Positions 61,985-64,000 of a stretch of 64,000 bases of DNA are shown here, one piece after another. Each line of letters starts with the position of its first letter. The stretch's first letter is position 1. The stretch spans positions 142,168,001 to 142,232,000 of the forward strand of contig CM059432.1 in the NCBI GenBank assembly GCA_030390025.1, given 5' to 3'. The position numbers and the translations under genes were made by a program. This DNA comes from Squalus acanthias (lineage: Eukaryota). The notes beneath the pieces are model-generated. The model did no database searches and had not been told where the DNA came from. It worked only from the letters and a program-made list of their open reading frames with translations.

Positions 61985-62785
61985 ACAAATGGAATTCAAT
62001 CTGGAGAAGTGCGAGGTAATGCATTTGGGGAGGGCTAACAAGGCAAGGGAATACACAATAAATGGTAGGATACTGAGAAGTGCAGAGGATCAGAGGGACC
62101 TTGGAGTGCATGTCCACAGATCCCTGAAGGTAGCAGGACAGGTAGATAAGGTGGTTAAGAAGGCATACGGGATACTTGCCTTTATTAGCCGAGGCATAGA
62201 ATATAAGAGCAGGGAGGTTGTGCTTGAACTGTATAAAACACTAGTTAGGCCACAGCTAGAGTACTGCGTGCAGTTCTGGTCACCACATTACAGGAAGGAT
62301 GTGATTGCACGAGAGAGGGTACAGAGGAGATTTACGAGGATGTTGCCTGGGCTGGGGAATTTTAGCTATGAGGAAAGATTGGATAGGCTGGGGTTGTTTT
62401 CTTTGGAACAGAGGAGGCTGAGGGGAGACCTAATTGAGGGGTCTAGATAGAGTGGATAGGAAGGACCTATTTCCCTTAGCAGAGGGTCGATAACCAGGGG
62501 CCATAAATTTAAAGTAATTGGTAGGAGGTTTAGAGGGGATTTGAGGAGGAATGTTTTCACCCAGAGGGTGGTGGGGGTCTGGAACTCACTGCCTGAAAGG
62601 GTGGTAGAGGCAGAAACCCTCATCACATTTAAAAAGTACTTGGATACGCACTTGAAGTGCCAAAACCTACAAGGCTATGGACCAAGAGCTGGAAAGTGGG
62701 ATTAGGGTGGATAGCTCTTTGTCAGCCGGCACGGACAAGATGGGCCAAATGGCCTCCTGTGTCGTAAATTTCTCTGATTCTACAT
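61985..62785 (+). mobile_element. CR1 LINE 3' fragment starting about 20 bp after the CNOT10 exon 3 donor
   Basis: [14 protein letters not shown]...RPQLEYCVQFWSP ORF and CR1 3' UTR. Confidence 0.9.
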
Positions 62786-63227
62786 AGTGTTTGTAACCTT
62801 TTTATATTCTGCATAAAACTTTGGGGAAAAAATGCACCTCGAGGTAGATCATTGTGACACTTTCTCCAGTCACTCTTTGCCCGATGACAGTGGGAAGAAC
62901 CTTTTTCCAGTGGAAGGTGTCCTTCCTGTAATAATAAATTGCAGTAGTTATCCAGAGAATTAAGTTTCATTGAGACTTTCAAATAGCTTATCTTTCTCAA
63001 CGGTTACCGAAAGGACTAATTGTCTCTCTTTCTCTGATTTCCATGAAATCTTAGGGATCATGGAAATCACAGAAGGTGTACCCCCTTGAGCCCAATAATC
63101 TTCTCCTTGTAGTGACCAGAGCTACACACAGTTGGTTGGATGGAGTCTGACCAATGCTTTATATAACCATAATACAACCTCCTTGGATTTGTGGTCTATC
63201 TCTCTCATTTACTGGCTTTTTTTTTCA

Positions 63228-63760
63228 AGGCGAGGGGGGGTTGAAGTGTAGGAGGGCAGGGCGAGGGGGGGTGGAGTGTAGGAGGGCAGGGCGAGGGGGG
63301 GGTGAAGTGAAGGAGGGCAGGGCGAGGGGGGGGGTGAAGTGAAGGAGGGCAGGGCGAGGGGGGGGTGAAGTGTAGGAGGGCAGGGCGAGGGGGGGGGTGA
63401 AGTGAAGGAGGGCAGGGCGAGGGGGGGGGTGAAGTGTAGGAGGGCAGGGCGAGGGGGGGGGTGAAGTGTAGGAGGGCAGGGCGAGGGGGGGGTGAAGTGA
63501 AGGAGGGCAGGGCGAGGGGGGGGTGAAGTGTAGGAGGGCAGGGCGAGGGGGGGGTGAAGTGAAGGAGGGCAGGGCGAGGGGGGGGTGAAGTGTAGGAGGG
63601 CAGGGCGAGGGGGGGGTGAAGTGTAGGAGGGCGGGGCGAGGGGGGGTGGAGTGTAGGAGGGCAGGGCGAGGGGGGGGTGGAAGTGAAGGGGAGGGCGAGG
63701 GGGGAGTGAAGGGGAGGGCGAGGGGGGTTGAAGTGAAGTGAAGGGGAGGTGGAGGGTTTG
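63228..63760 (+). repeat. G-rich minisatellite (GGGGGGGTGAAGTGTAGGAGGGCAGGGCGA)n in CNOT10 intron 3
   Basis: Direct reading; about 31-bp units. Confidence 0.92.
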
Positions 63761-63895
63761 CGGGGGGGCTGAAGAGGGAAGGTAGACGAGGTTTCTCAGT
63801 ATATCAGTAGTACCTTTTTCGGAGCAAGTTGAAAATGTGAGAATTCCCATTAAATGCTCATTTTGCTAACAGCAAACTATTGGATTTGATTTTAG

Positions 63896-64000
63896 GTCCA
63901 TTCCACAGTGGAAGAAATCGATGCATTGGACGATGTTGAGAACAGCATGCTTTATTACAACCAAGCAATCATTCTTTACCATCTACGCCAGTACACTGAA
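63896..64000 (+). CDS. CNOT10: CNOT10 exon 4, partial ([35 protein letters not shown]), runs off the window
   Basis: Near-identical to CNOT10 [29 protein letters not shown] acceptor. Confidence 0.96.

Overview
Vertebrate genomic DNA, almost certainly from a shark or other elasmobranch (DeuSINE/SacSINE1-like and V-SINE/HE1-like SINEs, abundant CR1, L2 and Penelope-like elements). Three spliced protein-coding genes were reconstructed by hand. (1) TCAIM: the first five coding exons on the minus strand (22591 to 6427), continuing beyond the window start. (2) A complete SLC39A6/ZIP6 zinc transporter on the minus strand: non-coding exon 1 near 53.5 kb, nine coding exons 49849 to 28108, about 731 aa, and a 3' UTR probably reaching about 25.1 kb. 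(3) CNOT10: the first four coding exons on the plus strand (57724 to window end), divergent from SLC39A6. Most long ORFs in the supplied track are artefacts of tandem repeats or LINE fragments. The most notable unexplained structures are as follows. An 8.5-kb hAT-type element (15-bp TIRs, exact 8-bp TSD, splitting an L2 copy) sits in a TCAIM intron, has no recognisable transposase, and carries promoter-like, host-like cargo plus about 5.5 kb of pyrimidine-skewed satellites. A minisatellite repeats the MTF-1 metal-response core about 15 times between the zinc-transporter and CNOT10 promoters. A 3'-UTR tandem array has a unit matching, inverted, a LINE fragment in the preceding intron. The SLC39A6 exon-1 splice donor is duplicated. 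Several Penelope remnants carry minimal hammerhead-ribozyme motifs.
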